The position numbers and the translations under genes were made by a program. A stretch of DNA of 63,112 bases, filler included, from Hyphochytrium catenoides (lineage: Eukaryota > Protista > Hyphochytriomycota), in NCBI GenBank assembly GCA_900088475.1. It is 6 parts of 6 records of this genome, joined end to end, with 100 filler letters (N's around TTAATTAATTAA, not from the genome) between each part and the next. Parts side by side here need not be neighbours in the genome. Positions count along the whole stretch, not along the records: positions 57,983 to 61,061 come from FLMG01003096.1; positions 61,162 to 63,112 come from FLMG01004747.1; 4 more parts are not named here. One strand, written 5' to 3'. The notes below the pieces were generated by a model. The model had not been told where the DNA came from. It was given only the letters and a program-made list of their open reading frames with translations, and did no database searches. Each line of letters opens with the position of its first letter. The stretch's first letter is position 1. Shown here piece after piece: positions 59,271-63,112 of the stretch.

Positions 59271-59344
59271 GGGGGTATAGCTTAATTTGGTAGAGCGTAT
59301 GTTTTGCATACATAAGGCTAGCGGTTCAAGTCCGCTTATCTCCA
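59271..59344 (+). tRNA. trnA: Mitochondrial tRNA-Ala(UGC)
   Basis: Cloverleaf GGGGGTA/TATCTCC with the G3:U70 Ala identity pair, anticodon loop TTTGCAT, T loop TTCAAGT. Confidence 0.95.
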
Positions 59345-59372
59345 TAAAAAATCTAGTTATTATTAAAAAAAC

Positions 59373-59669
59373 ATGTTAATTAAACGAGCTGTTAGAAAAG
59401 AAAAAAAAAGACGGGAAATTTTTTTTAAAAATTATATAAAATATTTAATTTATAAATCTTTATATAAAAACCAAAAATTAGAACCGGAATTACGTCAAAA
59501 AATATTTAAAAAACTTAGCAAATTTAGACATATAAGTATTGCAAAACAATATAAATATTGTGTTTTTTCGTCTCGTGTTCGAGGGACTTATAGTCAATTT
59601 AAAATGTCACGTCATTTTTTAAAAGATTTTGCATCGCGCGGAAATATTCCCGGGTTATTTAAACTTTAA
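59373..59669 (+). CDS. rps14: Mitochondrial ribosomal protein S14
   Basis: 98-aa basic protein, KEKKRR..F..; C-terminal CVFSSRVRG.YS.FKMSRHFLK..AS.G.IPGLFK. Confidence 0.88.
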   Translation: MLIKRAVRKEKKRREIFFKNYIKYLIYKSLYKNQKLEPELRQKIFKKLSKFRHISIAKQYKYCVFSSRVRGTYSQFKMSRHFLKDFASRGNIPGLFKL

Positions 59670-59729
59670 AAATTTAGAAATATAGTTTTGATATATTTAT
59701 GTTGTACGTGCTTTGGTTTTTAGTTTAGC

Positions 59730-60986
59730 ATGCATATTAATTATACTAAAAACCGCATTTTTAATAATAATCCATTATTAAGCTTAATTAATAATCATAT
59801 TATTGATTACCCAACGCCAACTAATTTAAACTATTATTATGGTTTTGGGTCATTAGCTGGTATCATGTTAGTTGTACAAATTATTACAGGTATTTTTTTA
59901 GCCATGCATTACACACCACATATTGATTATGCTTTTAGTAGTGTTGAGCATATTATGAGAGATGTTGAGTATGGTTGGTTAATTCGTTATGCTCATGCAA
60001 ATGGTGCTTCTTTTTTTTTTATGATTGTTTATATTCACCTTTTTCGAGGCCTTTATTATGGTTCTTATATGTATCCTCGTGAAGCATTATGGTGTTCTGG
60101 TGTTATTATTTTTTTATTAATGATGGCCACTGGCTTTATGGGATATATTTTACCATGGGGGCAAATGTCTTTTTGGGGAGCCACGGTAATTACTAATTTA
60201 TTTTCTGCGATCCCTTTAATTGGTCAAGATATCGTTCTTTGGTTATGGGGTGGTTTTGCTATTGATAATCCAACTTTAAATCGTTTTTTTAGCTTACATT
60301 ATTTTTTACCATTTATTATTGCGGGATTATCTTTTATTCATTTAGTCTTATTACATCAAACAGGATCTAATAATCCTTTAGGAATTTCTGCAAAAACAGA
60401 TTATTTGCCATTTTATCCTTATTTTTATGTTAAAGATTTATTAGGTGTTATTGCTTTATTTTTTATATTTTTATTAATTATTTGTTTTAAACCAAATGTA
60501 TTAGGACATCCAGATAATTATTTAATGGCAGACGCATTATCAACACCTGCACATATTGTTCCAGAATGGTATTTTTTACCTTTTTATGCAATTTTACGAT
60601 CAATTCCGGATAAAATCGGAGGAATTGTTGCAATGTTTGTTTCTATTTTAATTTTATTAGCATTACCTTTTATAAATACTTCAGAAGTTCGAAGCACAAC
60701 ATTTCGCCCTATTTTCAAAATTTTCTATTGGATGTTATTTGCAGATTTTATTCTTTTGGGATGGGTCGGCCAACAAGGTGTAGAAGATTATATCATTTTA
60801 ATTGGACAAGTTGCAACTGCATTTTATTTTATTTTTTTTATAATTTTAGTGCCATTAACTGGTCTTGTAGAAAAATATTTAGTTTATCGGTCATCTGACA
60901 TTTATTTTGATATTTATGAATATCTTCGACGATATTTTTTTGCTGTTTTTGTAATTCCTATTTATTATTTTTTAATTGCATATTAA
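59730..60986 (+). CDS. cob: Mitochondrial apocytochrome b
   Basis: [74 protein letters not shown]. Confidence 0.98.
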   Translation: MHINYTKNRIFNNNPLLSLINNHIIDYPTPTNLNYYYGFGSLAGIMLVVQIITGIFLAMHYTPHIDYAFSSVEHIMRDVEYGWLIRYAHANGASFFFMIVYIHLFRGLYYGSYMYPREALWCSGVIIFLLMMATGFMGYILPWGQMSFWGATVITNLFSAIPLIGQDIVLWLWGGFAIDNPTLNRFFSLHYFLPFIIAGLSFIHLVLLHQTGSNNPLGISAKTDYLPFYPYFYVKDLLGVIALFFIFLLIICFKPNVLGHPDNYLMADALSTPAHIVPEWYFLPFYAILRSIPDKIGGIVAMFVSILILLALPFINTSEVRSTTFRPIFKIFYWMLFADFILLGWVGQQGVEDYIILIGQVATAFYFIFFIILVPLTGLVEKYLVYRSSDIYFDIYEYLRRYFFAVFVIPIYYFLIAY

Positions 60987-61061
60987 AATCATAATTAAAT
61001 AAAAATGAGCTTTCTTTAGTATTTAAAAAAGATTAAAGGTGTTCAATGAAATTTAAATGAT

Positions 61062-61161
61062 NNNNNNNNNNNNNNNNNNNNNNNNNNNNNNNNNNNNNNN
61101 NNNNNTTAATTAATTAANNNNNNNNNNNNNNNNNNNNNNNNNNNNNNNNNNNNNNNNNNNN
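61062..61161. other. Artificial contig linker N44-TTAATTAATTAA-N44
   Basis: Same spacer structure. Confidence 0.97.
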
Positions 61162-62025
61162 ACACTATGTCTAGAGAGATCAAAGGTGTTCCAGCTTTCT
61201 TTCTCTTATCTCTTTCTTTTTTTTTGACATTTTTGTCATTTTTGACAAACGTTGAGACGACCCACTCCTATAGGTAGTTCGCCTAGTTCTCTCGATCTCT
61301 CTCATCACTTCTTTGCTGAGAGCAGTATTTTCCGTTTCAAAAGTGGTGGTTCAGTACCTTAACACTATGGCGGCAGAGAGTCCTTACGGTTCAAAGCGAA
61401 ATATACGCTTTCCACCTGCTACATGGATCAACAATCATAATGGTTCTACACTAAATCATCATGGTATTTATTCTCGATAGGCTGCTGGGTATCAGATGTG
61501 TATCTTTCTGCATCTTCGGCGTCATCTGCCCGTCAAATTTTCGGGTGGGTGGGCCGTTGGAGAACATTATCTTAGGCTACCTGTTCGTTATCTTAGGCTC
61601 CACCCTTGTCTATCCTTGAGAAAGATGTGAAGAAACAAGAAGGAGGGGGGAAGAGGGGGGGACCTACACTGGGGATGAAATGCTTCCAATGTTTCATCAT
61701 TGATATATTTCATTTCCATATATTTGCAAAAGGAAAGAACAGAAGGAAAGATTGCTTTATGAATGTTTCCCTAACTAATGGGCAGGAGGACCATAGAGAC
61801 AGAAAATGCAAGTGCCTTGTGAATTGCGAAGAAGAGGGCGGGCTGACCGAATCTAATAAGAAAACCTCGTCTGAAAGTTTTAAAGGAAGGTTTACACGTA
61901 CCTTTATATAGTGTACTCTTAGATTTAAAGAATAAATTTCATCAGTAATAAAGAATCCGAATTTATGAGAAGAGAGACGAGGGGCAATTGCTCACTTTTC
62001 TGACACTTTGACCTGCCTCTTTTTC

Positions 62026-62026
62026 C

Positions 62027-62071
<45 letters not shown>

Positions 62072-62285
62072 CTCTCTCTCTTTCTTTCTCTCTCTGCATT
62101 TGATCATCTCATCTCGCTCATGATGATCAGAGAGAGAGAGAGAGGAAGAAAAGTGATACACTAGAATGGGCAGTCTTCGTGGTCAAAGTCTCTTTCTCTC
62201 TTGTCTTTCCTCGCATCTGCCCTTCTCTCTTCTGCCACTGCCGCTGATCTTCATCTTGTCACTTTTGGGGCTTCTCTCTCCTCTC

Positions 62286-62319
<34 letters not shown>

Positions 62320-62737
62320 TGCATCTCTTCTACTACTCTAACTGACCGTCGTGTGGCTCTTTCCTGTTCTCTCTCCCTCTCCTCTTTCTCTCTCTTCTCT
62401 CTCTTCCAGAAAAAGACAAGCTGACTCTTCTCAATAACCCGTCGACAGCAGTCTCAGCTTTGCCTCTTCTCTCTCTTGTTTCCTCCTCTCCAGATTCCGT
62501 TCTTTCTCTTTCTGCGCACCAGAGACTCTTAAGATAACGATAGAGATAAAGAAGAAGAGAAGTACTGCAGGAAGACGAGCAGCAACTCTCTCTCTCTCTC
62601 TCTGTCTCTCTTTCTTTGCTTTTTTGTCTCTCTCACTCTTAATTTCTCCCTCTCTTTCTCTCAGTGAAGTGGAAGAAGACGAACCTTGAGTAACACCATG
62701 ACACGTTCGCGCTGAGGAGAAGCCCCGACGTAAAAGC

Positions 62738-62775
<38 letters not shown>
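62026..62775 (+). repeat. (CT)n/(GA)n microsatellite-rich non-coding region
   Basis: Multiple pure (CT)n tracts (about 62028-62067, 62290-62319, 62739-62773). Confidence 0.9.
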
Positions 62776-62778
<3 letters not shown>

Positions 62779-63112
62779 CACTCTCCGTCACTCTCTCCCT
62801 CTTTTTCTCCTCTCTCGCTTCTCCCCTCATAGACAAGAACAATGTTCTGGAAGACTATTCGAGAGACAAGGCAGCAAAGGAAGAGAGAGAGAAGTTCCAA
62901 ACCTTTCTCTCTCTCTCCAACCACAAGAGAACAAGGTGAAGAGGAAGAAGAAAAGGAGAGACTAACGGAAGAGAAAGGAACACGGAGAGACGACCCACAA
63001 GGAGAGAAAGAGACTAAAATGGAGGATCAGCAAGAAAAGAAGGAGAGACAAAGAAGGGAGAGAGACCAAGAAGAAGAGAGTCTTCTCTTTCTCTCTTCCT
63101 CTCCTGTTATTA

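Overview
This is eukaryotic DNA, most likely from a flagellated stramenopile (judged from the mitochondrial cob/nad1 and the glucan synthase, which resemble oomycete/ochrophyte sequences as I recall them). The window is not contiguous. Five 100-bp artificial linkers (N44-TTAATTAATTAA-N44) join six contigs: A 1-20260, B 20361-48359, C 48460-51194, D 51295-57882, E 57983-61061 and F 61162-63112. Contig A holds a multi-exon GT48 1,3-beta-glucan/callose synthase with an N-terminal MIT-like domain, plus a truncated unknown gene. Contig B holds, in order: an intronless RelA/SpoT-synthetase-like nucleotidyltransferase fused to about 15 kinesin-light-chain-type TPRs; prohibitin; an unknown ORF; an HMG-CoA synthase fused in frame to a complete Cys-His-His ketosynthase; a degenerate GT31-like protein; a single-chain LeuC/LeuD-type aconitase-family dehydratase; and a CFAP57/WDR65 homologue. 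Contigs C and D are non-coding and carry decayed non-LTR retrotransposon motifs and a tRNA-derived SINE-like head. Contig E is mitochondrial DNA (nad1, nad4L, trnK, trnA, rps14, cob). Contig F is microsatellite-rich. The best candidates for new biology are (1) the apparently cytosolic alarmone-synthetase-like NTase-TPR protein, (2) the HMGS-ketosynthase fusion, and (3) introns with (GA)n near the donor and complementary (CT)n near the acceptor. All family assignments come from motif recognition by eye; no database search was run.
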